From: a bacterium
GTDB lineage: Bacteria > Electryoneota > AABM5-125-24 > Hatepunaeales > Hatepunaeaceae
Reading direction: 5' to 3'
DNA: 45,219 bases
NCBI GenBank assembly: GCA_013202285.1
Contig: JABMRV010000113.1
Span: 1 to 45,219, forward strand
Positions 19,501 to 29,400 of this stretch are shown here, piece after piece; position 1 is the first letter of the stretch, and every line of letters starts with the position of its first letter. Position numbers and translations under genes: made by a program. The notes under the pieces are model-generated. The model had not been told where the DNA came from. It saw nothing but the letters and a program-made list of their open reading frames with translations, and did not search any database.

Positions 19501-22500
19501 TGGAATGATTGGGACCTTGATAATCAGCTTGCCGCTGCAGCCGCGGACAGCGCCGATGCTGAGGAACCCGAACAGTACTGGGGTGGAGTTATCCGTTATC
19601 TCGGTTCAGGTTATGCAGATCAAACAGAAGCGAAGTTCCTCGAAATATGGCTCAATCTTAAAAGCAATGTCGGTAATGAAAACGTGATGTACATCGACCT
19701 GGGAAGAATTTCCGAGGATGCCATCCCAAACAACCTGCTGAACACGGAAGATCGTCCTCAACCGGGAAGAACGGTTGGAAACGGCATCCTTACCAGGGAT
19801 GAAGATACCGGTATAGATCTAATAGATGCTGATGACCCTGCCGACATGATCGACGTCAACGGTGACGGTAGAAACCCGCCACAGTTGCTTCCATCCTACG
19901 ATGAATGGCAGTATGATGCGAGTCGAAGTAAAAGGAGTGATTACTCCCATATAAACGGCACAGAGGGTAACATCGAGGATGAAGGAGGACGCTATCCCGA
20001 TACGGAAGACTTGAACAACGATACAAACATAGATCGCGCCAACGATTTCTACCGCTACAAGATCGATCTGTCTGAAGGCAACGGTAATCGTTACATCGTC
20101 ATGGATAATCCCAATGGCTGGCGACTCTACCGGATTCCGCTCAAGGACATGCTGGAAGTAGGGAGTCCTTCGATGGCTTCTCTTGAATATGCGCGTATTT
20201 GGCTGACCGGTTTTGAGCGACCCGTTCGACTGCAGATCGCCCAGATTGACATAGTCGGTAACGAATGGCGCGAAGTGGAAGTGTCCGATGACCGCGGAGG
20301 CATGATGGATCCGGTGAGTGTATCGGTTGTCAATACAGATGATAATCCGGAATACTCTCCGCCGCCGGGAGTTTCGGGTGAACTCGATCCGATCACCAAC
20401 TTGAGATCGAGAGAGCAGTCATTGATGTTAAAGATAAATCGTTTGCGCGGGAGTGAAACATGCGAGGTGATAAAACAGTTGTCCCATCACCAGAAGATGG
20501 ATTTGTCTGAGTATCGCCGGATGAAGATGTTTGTGTATCTGGATGATCAAGGTCGTGACTGCGACCTCGAGATGTCGCTGCGATTCGGTTATGATTCAGA
20601 TAAAAGGTATTATGAATACTCGCGGCGACTCAACCCTGGTTGGGAAGGCAACGAGGTGATTATCGATTTTGATCGTCTCACTTCGCTGAATTTCCTCCGT
20701 CAGCAGGATTCACTGCGTAATTACGATATTCTTCCCGATGGTGCTATAATAAGAGTGGTCGGTAATCCGTCACTGCGCGACATTCGTTTCTTCTCACTGG
20801 GGATCAAGAATCATGGACATGATATATACGAGCAGGACGAGGTGGGAGTATGGTTCGATGAGTTGAGACTTTCCGACATTCATGACGACCCCGGGTGGGC
20901 AGCCAAGGGGTCTGTTGATTTGAAGGTCGCCCGGGATCTGATGACCTTTCATGCCGATCTCAGCCAAACTCAGGCGGATTTTCGCGGTGTAGATATGAGA
21001 GTCGGTAAAAACAAGGATTACCTCACCGGGAGGGTAAGCGCCTCGTTCAAATTAGATGCACTGTTCAACCCGCAGTGGAATCTTAATCTGCCTTTAACGA
21101 TGAACTTCAGCCAGGGGATCGATGTTCCCAAGTACCAGACCGACAGCGATGTTCTGCTGTCGGCTATGACCGATGAGAGAATCGATATCTGGTCGATTTT
21201 CATGGATAATCTGAAATCAAACGACCGTTACAGTTATAATCCCAAGTACCAGAAACCTATCGATGCACAGATTAACACAGAGAAGAAATACTCTTACGGC
21301 TTCAGCGCATCAAAGAGGAAATTCTCCGATAATCCCTGGACAAAATACACTGTCGAACGCATCCGGTTGAGCAGGCTCAGCCTGAACAAACGTTATGTTA
21401 CCAGCTCGAGTTACATGTACAGCAAGGATAGGGATCTCAAGGGCGACCTGAGCTATGATCTCTCTTTCGAGAAACCTCTTGAACTGAACTGGCTTGCATG
21501 GACGGAAAACCTGCCGCTGCTTGGAAGGGTGTCGGAGAGTACCTTCAAACCGCTTCCCACCAGTTTCGGAACCAGTGTCGGTGCAACAGAGTCGATGGAA
21601 CGCTATGTGAAATGGAATAAGCCCGATACCGAGGAGGAGAATTACGGTCTTGCCACAGACCGTTCCTTCAACATCTCCTTCAAACCAATAGCAATATTGT
21701 CGATAGATTTCGATCAGACGGTCAGGGCTGATCGAGTGCGTCTGCAGGCTCAGCGTGATACCATCGCCTTGGAAATAGCCAGATTTGAAGTTGACAGGAC
21801 TCCTTACTGGGATGGGGGAATACTGGTTGACACTACAGGATGGGAGGAGGCATTAGAAGCCGAGAAGAGAGGTGTTCAGGATAAGATGTTCTGGAAACTG
21901 TTCGGTACGCATTTTATCGATCACAGCTTCAATCAGAATTTCTCATTCAATCTGACACCGTCTTTTGTAAGCTGGTTATCGACGAGCGCCAGTTACACCC
22001 CGCGCTACAACTGGAGCTGGAGCCGGAATTACGATCCAGGCGGAAGAAGGGTTGAAGTCGGTAGCGGATTTGGTACAAACGTCATATTAAAATTACCCCA
22101 GATAGTTCGTTTATGGGTTGACAAGAAATCGGGCAAACCAGGCGATGCCAGTGGCGGGGATATGACACCATGGGAAGATGAATTTCCGGGTCTGGAAGAA
22201 CTGGATAAGGATAAGAGCGATATTGGGGGGAAATTCCCTCCCGGCAGCAATAAGAAGCCACCGCCCTGGATCGATGAGTTCGATTACAAGGGGAGGGCAG
22301 ACATCCCTGTTGGCGATGATGCTTCCGGCGAGAGTAAAGACAAATTTCCGGAGGGGGAGGACATTCCTGCCCGACAGGAAGAAACATCCGATGAAGAAGA
22401 GAGTAAGACGGATTTCGCTGAGACTGCCGAACCCGACAGCCTTGAAATGGAGGAGGAGAAACCGTCGCGTAAACAAGATCCCCTGCTGCTCCTGCGAGGT

Positions 22501-23490
22501 CTGTTAACTCGTCTGAGTGACATTAGCTGGCGCTATGACCAGAACAACAGATATTTGAATCCCGCGATTGAATTAGGGCAGGCGAATTGGAAATACCGAC
22601 TGGGTTTAACGCGTGACCCGGGTCTGAAAAATGTTGAGGGTTTTGCCTATACCAACAACTTCTCGCGTAACGACCAGCACACTTTTAGCACCAGGTTGGA
22701 TTTTAGCAAGAATATAACGATTAACCAGCTCCGTTATGAGTATGGCTGGATTCATTCAATAAATGAATCCGCGGGTCTTCTGAGCGAATCGGGAAGTTAT
22801 TCCAGAACCGTTTGGCAGTATTTCGATTCGGACGGCAGGTCTATAAAGACCTTTCCGGCATTGAACTGGTCGGTACGATGGTCGGGATGGGAAACATTAC
22901 CTTTGCTGGAGAAGATTACCACATCGGTCTCGCTGGATAACTCTTTCAGTGGCAGCGCTCGTGAAAGCTGGAACAAAACTGCGAACGATGCTGAAAGGGT
23001 AACCCAGAGTATCGAATACGAGAAGAGCTTCCAACCATTGATAGGAGTTAACTTCATCTGGTTGTGGAACGTGAATACTGATGTTAATTACAACCTTAAC
23101 CAGAGTGTAAGCGATCAGACCCTTGGAAATAGGAAGACAAGGAGTCTAACGAAAGAGTTCAGACTAAGCGCCAGATACAATTCACGCAAGGGCTTCCGTA
23201 TTCCAATACCTGTCTGGCCCTTCAAAAACCGCCGCTTCAAAAACAATACGACCTTCTCTGTAGTATATAATAATCGAACCAGTAAATCTGAGAGTTCTGT
23301 GGACAACTCCAAGTTTGACCTTGATCGTGAAGATTCGTCCTGGTCGTTCAGACCTTCGATCGATTACCAGTTCTCAAATACGGTTTCAGGCAGTTTCTTC
23401 TATGAATACGCCGTTCAGAGGTCGGTACTAACGGGTAAGACCTTTTCACAGGACTTCGGGTTCAGGGTCAATATATCGATACGTGGGTGA
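16501..23490 (+). CDS. sprA: T9SS outer-membrane translocon SprA/Sov homologue
   Basis: 2329 aa. SprA-like motifs: GKVGEKVDV...FDFENNLSIRYTGDEDEILKSLEAGNISLSL, GLFGFKTESQFGALRLTTVAS, WNLMWRNVYSL, GIDFTVDYISGELTIL, KTLLGLRAEY, VAYIDDFES, IDLGRISED, PDTEDLNND, VWFDELRLS. Amphipathic beta-strand C-terminus. Confidence 0.9.
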   Translation: MPSPVRKISGQEFILLIGLLTSTLLMLHVGQADGSIRFSRSYATERMIDPTRFAPKYGMSSVLWDSSQADTTMPEGLDTLAVPQDSTLIGEISPPDSGIQPADSSLPAVKEIPLVGVEDLQPLQIGEEGKTPETGSADIPVDESTDQSTADGFPGDELEPFEREESKDEEDLPYHPTLIYLIDIPLEVEAELDTTTDYVILSKRLNGVEMPTTGALSKDVYLERSLRMADHESWRQSVLRKLPSKTESKGGGLVIELPIIRSERAQRIFGGQNIGLSVSGHIEVSGDLGVVQTEELQQDNPNPTNYQFNVNQTQSFVIKGKVGEKVDVDISQDSERMFDFENNLSIRYTGDEDEILKSLEAGNISLSLGGASLVSSSSKHKGLFGFKTESQFGALRLTTVASLEKGKKNQLTKEGGAQSSGRKTIPPYDYIQNRYFFLPGSAVIDTLIAENDTTIYHWRDYYRNHYKERDNYLNPFAVPLDSQIVKIEVYRSPPLTKDVASFYGWALYDLRDSTIVSDPDSIRPQEHQDGTFEPLRQGSDYEYNSLTGYIRLNTTVDNAILAVAYSIQALNSDSIPCTFGQLEPSNRDTNYFKLLKPKSPQPTDSTWNLMWRNVYSLKGTNLSREGFEGRITYQSDEDEQRQDTGPYKGEVKTFIEIFGLDHFGAQAGQNSPDGNIDEAFINWERGELTFPDLKPFAPEGWSKGGQPQKTELDSTQLIKHADMYTKTGRERSRTVSDYQIEVEFTSISTTTSLGIGVLEGSVEVYLNGQQLAEGIDFTVDYISGELTILRSAAFTENADIEIKYETAQLFQLDTKTLLGLRAEYELWDGSSIGATMLHLNQKTLDRRVRVGGEPIRNSIWGLDANMNFKPFFLTSAMDWLPLIETDEPSTFSIKAEVAQVFPDPNNLNSPSTGDYNGVAYIDDFESIKRITPLGINRKQWSAASFPEYDGRGDALWKKRRGRMIWFNPWQQIDITEIWPDKEVQAQASKIPVMEIQFKPWWNDWDLDNQLAAAAADSADAEEPEQYWGGVIRYLGSGYADQTEAKFLEIWLNLKSNVGNENVMYIDLGRISEDAIPNNLLNTEDRPQPGRTVGNGILTRDEDTGIDLIDADDPADMIDVNGDGRNPPQLLPSYDEWQYDASRSKRSDYSHINGTEGNIEDEGGRYPDTEDLNNDTNIDRANDFYRYKIDLSEGNGNRYIVMDNPNGWRLYRIPLKDMLEVGSPSMASLEYARIWLTGFERPVRLQIAQIDIVGNEWREVEVSDDRGGMMDPVSVSVVNTDDNPEYSPPPGVSGELDPITNLRSREQSLMLKINRLRGSETCEVIKQLSHHQKMDLSEYRRMKMFVYLDDQGRDCDLEMSLRFGYDSDKRYYEYSRRLNPGWEGNEVIIDFDRLTSLNFLRQQDSLRNYDILPDGAIIRVVGNPSLRDIRFFSLGIKNHGHDIYEQDEVGVWFDELRLSDIHDDPGWAAKGSVDLKVARDLMTFHADLSQTQADFRGVDMRVGKNKDYLTGRVSASFKLDALFNPQWNLNLPLTMNFSQGIDVPKYQTDSDVLLSAMTDERIDIWSIFMDNLKSNDRYSYNPKYQKPIDAQINTEKKYSYGFSASKRKFSDNPWTKYTVERIRLSRLSLNKRYVTSSSYMYSKDRDLKGDLSYDLSFEKPLELNWLAWTENLPLLGRVSESTFKPLPTSFGTSVGATESMERYVKWNKPDTEEENYGLATDRSFNISFKPIAILSIDFDQTVRADRVRLQAQRDTIALEIARFEVDRTPYWDGGILVDTTGWEEALEAEKRGVQDKMFWKLFGTHFIDHSFNQNFSFNLTPSFVSWLSTSASYTPRYNWSWSRNYDPGGRRVEVGSGFGTNVILKLPQIVRLWVDKKSGKPGDASGGDMTPWEDEFPGLEELDKDKSDIGGKFPPGSNKKPPPWIDEFDYKGRADIPVGDDASGESKDKFPEGEDIPARQEETSDEEESKTDFAETAEPDSLEMEEEKPSRKQDPLLLLRGLLTRLSDISWRYDQNNRYLNPAIELGQANWKYRLGLTRDPGLKNVEGFAYTNNFSRNDQHTFSTRLDFSKNITINQLRYEYGWIHSINESAGLLSESGSYSRTVWQYFDSDGRSIKTFPALNWSVRWSGWETLPLLEKITTSVSLDNSFSGSARESWNKTANDAERVTQSIEYEKSFQPLIGVNFIWLWNVNTDVNYNLNQSVSDQTLGNRKTRSLTKEFRLSARYNSRKGFRIPIPVWPFKNRRFKNNTTFSVVYNNRTSKSESSVDNSKFDLDREDSSWSFRPSIDYQFSNTVSGSFFYEYAVQRSVLTGKTFSQDFGFRVNISIRG

Positions 23491-23579
23491 TAGCGGCAGT
23501 CTATTCCTGTTTTTAGACTTATTAACGATGTATATTACTACCGTTCGGTTTTATTTAGCTAATCAGGGTTTTCTAATCT

Positions 23580-23712
23580 TGGAGGGCGGGCTTTAGCCCG
23601 CCCCAATGGACTTACCATGAAAGCTGGCGGACTGAAGCCACCCCCCATGCGTTAGTTAATCCTTAAAAGCGGACGGACTGAAGTCCGCCCTCCATGTGTC
23701 AGCTAATCCTTT
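23580..23712. repeat. REP-like cluster: one forward and two reverse copies, the latter forming a ~46-bp tandem duplication
   Basis: TGGAGGGCGGGCTTTAGCCCGCC (23580-23602), GGCGGACTGAAGCCACCCCCCA-TGCGTTAGTTAATCCTT and GACGGACTGAAGTCCGCCCTCCA-TGTGTCAGCTAATCCTT. Confidence 0.7.
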
Positions 23713-23766
23713 GATTTAGCAGTAATTTATTGAAATAAATTTTCAAACCCGGAGAAACAACGGTTA

Positions 23767-24804
23767 ATGCCGGAGAGAATTAAAATAGGTTATGTCGGAA
23801 TCGGACGTTTTCTTCCGGAGAAGGTACTGACTAACGAGCGGCTGGCACAGTTGGTCGATACCACAGATGAATGGATTAAGCAACGTACCGGCATCAACAC
23901 GAGACGGATCATGAGTTCTGACGAATCAGTCGCATCGATGGCTATCGCGGCTGCTGAAAATGCAATTGAGAACGCTGGAATAGATATAAAGGACATCAGT
24001 TGTATTCGTGTTGGCGTCAATACTCATTTGCGCTTCCCCAGTCTGGCGGCTATTGTCCAGAACGCTCTCAGAATTCCGAATGCGAGTGCATCGGATATTT
24101 CGGCAGGATGCTCAGGTTTTATCTTCGGTGTCGAGGAGGTATTCAACCGTTTGCACTTTGAATGGATGATGTTCGGGAGGAAGTCATATAGTTTGGTTAT
24201 CGGTGTAGATGGCATGTCGCTTATAACCGACTGGTCCGACCGTAAAACATGTGTTCTATTCGGAGATGCCGCAGGTGCGGTTATTATCGGTCCCGTTCAA
24301 TCGGGTGAGATTCTCGCAACCCATACGAGAACTCAAGGCGAGTATGCCGATCTGTTAAAGCTTGATGCGTTTCTCGAAGTACCTGCGGAGAATCATAAAG
24401 AGCTGACTTTTAAGAAGTTCTCCTTAATCGATTATCCCTTCCTGTCCATGGAAGGTCCCAAGGTGTTTGTGGTTGCCGTCAGATCGATGGTTTCAGAGAT
24501 TAAAACGGTATTGCTGAATTATAACAAGATCAACGGCACGGATCTAACGGAAAAAGACATCGAATACGTTTACCCTCATCAGGCTAACATGCGTATAATT
24601 TTAGCGATAGCTGATTCGCTGAAGATACCTCATGAACGTGTTTATTCGGACGGAGTAAAGAATTATGGGAACACATCTACCGCTTCCATACCTGTCGCTT
24701 ATGTTGACAAGTGGGGCATGAATCCTGATGCGCTGGTAATTGATGTTTCTTTCGGTTCGGGATTTGCATCGGGGGCGATTCTGCGAAAGACAGCATCAAA
24801 ATAA
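23767..24804 (+). CDS. fabH: 3-oxoacyl-ACP synthase III (FabH family)
   Basis: VDTTDEWIKQRTGI; catalytic triad contexts ISAGCSGF (Cys), YPHQANMRII (His) and YGNTSTASIP (Asn); TCVLFGDAAGAV. RBS GGAG. Confidence 0.9.
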   Translation: MPERIKIGYVGIGRFLPEKVLTNERLAQLVDTTDEWIKQRTGINTRRIMSSDESVASMAIAAAENAIENAGIDIKDISCIRVGVNTHLRFPSLAAIVQNALRIPNASASDISAGCSGFIFGVEEVFNRLHFEWMMFGRKSYSLVIGVDGMSLITDWSDRKTCVLFGDAAGAVIIGPVQSGEILATHTRTQGEYADLLKLDAFLEVPAENHKELTFKKFSLIDYPFLSMEGPKVFVVAVRSMVSEIKTVLLNYNKINGTDLTEKDIEYVYPHQANMRIILAIADSLKIPHERVYSDGVKNYGNTSTASIPVAYVDKWGMNPDALVIDVSFGSGFASGAILRKTASK

Positions 24805-24809
24805 AAGAG

Positions 24810-24898
24810 TTCAAAATCCAAAATCCTCATAAAACCTGTCATTATTAATTCAAAATCCAAAATTTCCATAAAGCCTGTCATTACTAATCCAAAATCCA
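24810..24898. repeat. 39-bp tandem repeat, ~2.3 copies, containing TCCAAAA heptamers
   Basis: TTCAAAATCCAAAATCCTCATAAAACCTGTCATTATTAA / TTCAAAATCCAAAATTTCCATAAAGCCTGTCATTACTAA / TCCAAAATCCA. Confidence 0.85.
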
Positions 24899-24916
24899 CT
24901 CTTTCAACGTGATTCG

Positions 24917-24940
24917 CTGGCAGACACCATTGTCTGCCAG
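24917..24940. other. Perfect 10-bp stem-loop between fabH and the MATE gene (REP-like or processing/terminator hairpin)
   Basis: CTGGCAGACA-CCAT-TGTCTGCCAG. No U-tract on the + strand. Confidence 0.5.
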
Positions 24941-25014
24941 AAATGGATGTGTCCGACGGGGCGTCTGACACCGGGAATATGTACACCAGAAACAACTGCG
25001 AGACCTCATAACTG

Positions 25015-26358
25015 ATGCGTTTATTGTTACGAAGAGACCTCTCCGGGGATGTATGGAAACTCGCTGGACCAATCGTTCTTGGCATGATTTCCCAGACGCT
25101 GATGAACGTGATCGACACGGCGATGGTGGGTCGTCTCGGAGCTGTTGCTCTGGCAGCGACTGGCTTGGGCGGGCTGTTGTCGTGGATGATTCTCGGTTCG
25201 CTGGGCGGTCTGAACATCGGTGTCCAGACGGTAACTGCGAGGCGATTCGGTGAAGGGAACAACCGGGAAGCAGGAAAAGTACTCGATAACGGGCTCCTGA
25301 TAGCTCTGATAATCGGCACTGTCTGCACTCTCTTTATCTCTCACGGAATGAGCGGTCTGTTTAGGATTTTCTCTGATGACCGCGCAGTGGTAGCCGCTGG
25401 AAGCGGATATATTTACTATCGACTTCTCAGCGGGCTGCCGTTCATGATTATCACCGCTCAGCGAGGCTTTTTCAACGGCATAAGCAGGACAAGGCTGCAT
25501 ATGCTGGTCGTACTGGTCAGCAATGTTCTCAATGTGATCCTGAATTACCTGCTGATTTTCGGTAAATTCGGTCTGCCCAGGATGGAAGCTCCCGGCGCAG
25601 GACTGGCAACTACACTTGCGAACGTCGTTGGCTGCCTCCTGTTTATTTATATATCAACGAGACAACACAGGCGCAAACTGTTCGGATATTATAATCCCTC
25701 CAATCTCGACTTGAATGTTTGCCGCGGAATAATCCGTCTGGCAGTACCGTCAGGGCTTCAGGTACTCCTTGCCATGACCGGTTATGCCGCTTTCAACGCC
25801 TTTATTGCCAGGATCGGCACGATTGAGCTTGCCACGACAAACGTCTGCATTACCGTCTGGTCGCTCGCTTTCCTTCCAGGAGCGGGATTGGGGATATCCG
25901 CAGCGAGTCTGATCGGTCAGAAGCTCGGTGAAGGATTACCGGACAGGGCTGAAGAATTCGGCTGGGAATCGGCTCGCCTGGGTATCCTGACAATGGGGGC
26001 AATCGGACTGATGTTCATTATCATACCCGAACAGATATTCCGTATATTCACCGATGATTCTGCAGTGATTGCAGCAGGCAGGATTCCGCTGAGGATACTG
26101 GGCTGCATACAGATATTCGATGCGACCGGCATGGTTCTCAGCCAGGCGCTGCAGGGCGCTGGCATGAACCGTTGGGTGCTGATGGCTGAGGTGGTCGTGA
26201 ACTGGGGCTTCTTCATCCCCGGTACATTTCTGGTGGTTTTCGTCTTTAAACTCGGTCTCAACGCCGCTTGGGCAGTACTCGCGGTGTACCTGATAATTTT
26301 CGGATTGGTGGTGACGATGAAGTTTGCAGGTGGGAAATGGAAAGAAGTGAAGGTGTGA
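25015..26358 (+). CDS. MATE family efflux transporter
   Basis: 447 aa with about 12 TM segments. Motifs LAGPIVLGMISQTLMNVIDTAMVGRLGAVALAA, NVILNYLLIFGKFGLPRMEAPGAGLAT, LIGQKLGEG, and a C-terminal KFAGGKWK. Confidence 0.93.
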   Translation: MRLLLRRDLSGDVWKLAGPIVLGMISQTLMNVIDTAMVGRLGAVALAATGLGGLLSWMILGSLGGLNIGVQTVTARRFGEGNNREAGKVLDNGLLIALIIGTVCTLFISHGMSGLFRIFSDDRAVVAAGSGYIYYRLLSGLPFMIITAQRGFFNGISRTRLHMLVVLVSNVLNVILNYLLIFGKFGLPRMEAPGAGLATTLANVVGCLLFIYISTRQHRRKLFGYYNPSNLDLNVCRGIIRLAVPSGLQVLLAMTGYAAFNAFIARIGTIELATTNVCITVWSLAFLPGAGLGISAASLIGQKLGEGLPDRAEEFGWESARLGILTMGAIGLMFIIIPEQIFRIFTDDSAVIAAGRIPLRILGCIQIFDATGMVLSQALQGAGMNRWVLMAEVVVNWGFFIPGTFLVVFVFKLGLNAAWAVLAVYLIIFGLVVTMKFAGGKWKEVKV

Positions 26359-26399
26359 AAAATATAGAGAATTAATATTTCTCGTGTGATACAGATCAT

Positions 26400-26428
26400 T
26401 TGATACTTAATACATAATTCACTATATT
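26400..26428 (+). promoter_or_regulatory. Putative sigma70 promoter for the giant gene
   Basis: TTGATA-N17-TATATT in an AT-rich gap. RBS AGGGAGG at 26488-26494. Confidence 0.5.
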
Positions 26429-26499
26429 TAAGTTTAGGTAATATGTAGACTTTGTCTACTCGTCTGAAAACGGAACAGGATAGTCTCAGGGAGGCTTTG

Positions 26500-29400
26500 A
26501 TGCGCTCTACCACCTTCTCCGGAATCGCAGTACTGCTACTTCTTTTCATAATGAGCATCTCGTCTGATGCACGTATTAGAAACGTGCCGAATGAATACGA
26601 GACCATCCAGGCTGGCATCGACGCAGCCTGGGAGGGCGATACCGTACTTGTCCAGCCCGATACATACCTTGAGAACCTCGATTTCATTGGAAAGAACATC
26701 GTTGTTGGAAGTCTCTACCTGACAACCGGAGAGGAAAGTTTCATCCGGGCGACTATAATCGACGGAGACAACAGCGGCAGAGTTGTTATCTTTCGCACCG
26801 GTGAGAGTTCTGAAGCAGTCCTGTGCGGTTTCACGCTACGCAACGGTACGGCTCCCTGGGGAGGTGGAATCTATGTGAATGCGAGTAACGGTGCTTGCAC
26901 TCCTACACTGGATCACCTGATTATCACTCAGAATAACGCCAGTCGGTATGGCGGCGGGATCTACAGCACTCAGGGTGCCAGTCCAATATTAGTCAACGTT
27001 ACTGTTTACGGTAACAGTGCAACTGACGGCTACGGTGGATTAGGAACCTTTGCTATTGCATCGACGGCGATTATCACCAACAGCATCTTCTGGGATAACG
27101 AACCGTTTGATATAGCGGGCAGTTTAACGATAACCTATTCCGATATCGAGGGTGGATACGGGGGTGAAGGAAATATCGACCAGGATCCGTTATTTGTCGA
27201 TCAGGATAACTCTGATTTCCGCTTAACAGAGAACAGTCCCTGCATCGACACAGGCGACCCGGATTCTCCGAATGATCCTGATGCTTCAAGATCGGATATG
27301 GGTGCGTTATTCTACAACCAGGGCAACGTGCGCGTATTTGTGGTTCCTGATGAATACGGGACGATTCAGGAGGCTATCGATGCCGCCGATGTCGGTGATA
27401 CTGTGCTGGTTAACTCGGGAACCTATACTGAGAACATCGATTTCATTGGCAAGGATATCGTCGTCGCCAGCCTCTATATATACACCAGTGACGAGGATTA
27501 TATACACGAGACGATAATCGACGGAGATCAGGCAGGCAGTGTAGTCACATTCAATAATGGCGAGACTGAAGATGCTGTGTTGATGGGCTTTACATTACAG
27601 AATGGTCAATCGGATGATCAGGGCGGCGGTATCTTCTGTGAATCGGCATCTCCTACACTGGTTGCGCTTGAAATAGAGAACAATCGGGCGCGTATGGGCG
27701 GCGGCATCCACTTATACGATTCAAACGCCAGACTTGAGTATATCGCGATAATCCAGAACAGCGCCGTCGATAATGGAGGTGGAATATTCTGCGAGGAATC
27801 CAGTCCGGCAATCTCAAACTGTACTATCGCCGGAAACAGCGCCGGTGACTTGGGGGGAGGTTTTTACTTTGCACATTCGTATCCGGTTCTGACGAATTGC
27901 ATTTTGTGGTCTAACGACCCTGAAGAGATTGAAGAAGACGGCTTTGATGACGATTATATAACAGTTACTTACAGCGATGTCCGGAATGGCTGGAATGGTG
28001 AAGGCAACATCGACGCCGACCCTCTGTTCGCCGACCCTGACAACGGCGATATTCACCTCACATGGGCGAACTGGCGCGATGAGGATGAGACTAGATCTCC
28101 CTGCATCGACGCCGGAGATCCGGGAAGAGTTGAAGATCCGGACGAAACGCCTGCGGATATGGGTGCCTATTACTGGCATCAGGAGCCTTACCGAGCGATA
28201 ATTCAGATCAACCCGATGAGCATCGATGCTCAAATCAGCACCGGTGAGACGGAGATTCATACTGTCAATATCGCCAATCAGGGCGATACTCTGCTCATTT
28301 TCCAAACCGGTATCGACATCACCCTTGAGCCGGAACTGCTGCCGAGGCGTGACAGACGCGGAGGTCCCGACGAGATAGAGTACGAGTGGCGCGATGACGA
28401 TGAAGAGGATGGACCCGATTACAACTGGATAGACGTCAGTAACGAGCAGGACGTTGTTGAGATAGGAATGGGTAACGACACCTGGCATGGACCGTTTGAT
28501 CTTGGCTTTGACTTTGAATTCTACGGTATCACCTACAGTTCGATAAAGATGTGTTCAAACGGCTGGGCGTCGTTCACACGCTCGGGGATTAACCATTCGT
28601 ATAACGGCTGGGACGAGCTGCCTTGCGAGTCCGCTCCCGAGGATTTTCTCGCTGTGGCAATGAGCGACTGGAATCCTGCCTCGGGAGGTGAATACTTCTT
28701 CTGGACTAACGATGAGATAGCGGTTCTGACTTGGGAGAATGTACCGCATTATACCGGCATGGGAAGTTGGACGTTTCAGATCGTTCTGACAGTCGGGGGG
28801 ATGATTAAATACCAGTACGCCGAAACCGGATCTCCTGATGGAGCGCAATTAGTCGGCGTACAGAATAACGATAAAACCCTCGGCTTTGAAATACTGCGCG
28901 ATGAGGAGGATTACCTAATTCCCGGTCGTGTCATCGGCATCTCGCGCGTTTGGGATGAGTGGATTCGCATCGTTCCGGCGGAAGGTGATATAGATATAGC
29001 CTCGAATAGCGATCTGGATGTCATAATTAATGCTGAAGCGCTCGTCGAGGGTAATTATGGCGCTGATATTCACTTCCTGTCCAACGATTCCGAGAATCCT
29101 GAAGTAGTCGTGTCAGTGTCGCTTGAAGTTGTCGGAATACCGGTGATCGATGTTGTCTGGGACAATGAGATAGGCTATCCTGACAGCGTTGACTGGAATT
29201 CAGCCTACGATCCGCTACTTGCCGGATACGGTTATGACATCACCATCAGCGTACTGAACGACGGTTCAGCCGAACTCAGCGTTGACAGTGTCAGGATTGA
29301 TAATGACGTCTTTCAGGTGGCAGATGATGTATTCACGGTATCACCGGGAAATCCTTATGAATTGGAGGTTACGTTACGATCCGATGAAGAGGGCAGGCAG

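Noticed and set aside
8933-23312. Antisense and overlapping ORFs within the 2372-aa gene and sprA
   Set aside because: They have no recognisable motifs or RBS support, and such ORFs are expected by-products of long coding frames.
24810-24898. Mini-CRISPR or coding repeat in the 209-aa minus-strand ORF (24699-25328)
   Set aside because: The units are directly tandem with no unique spacers. The ORF is antisense to fabH and MATE and has no recognisable protein features.
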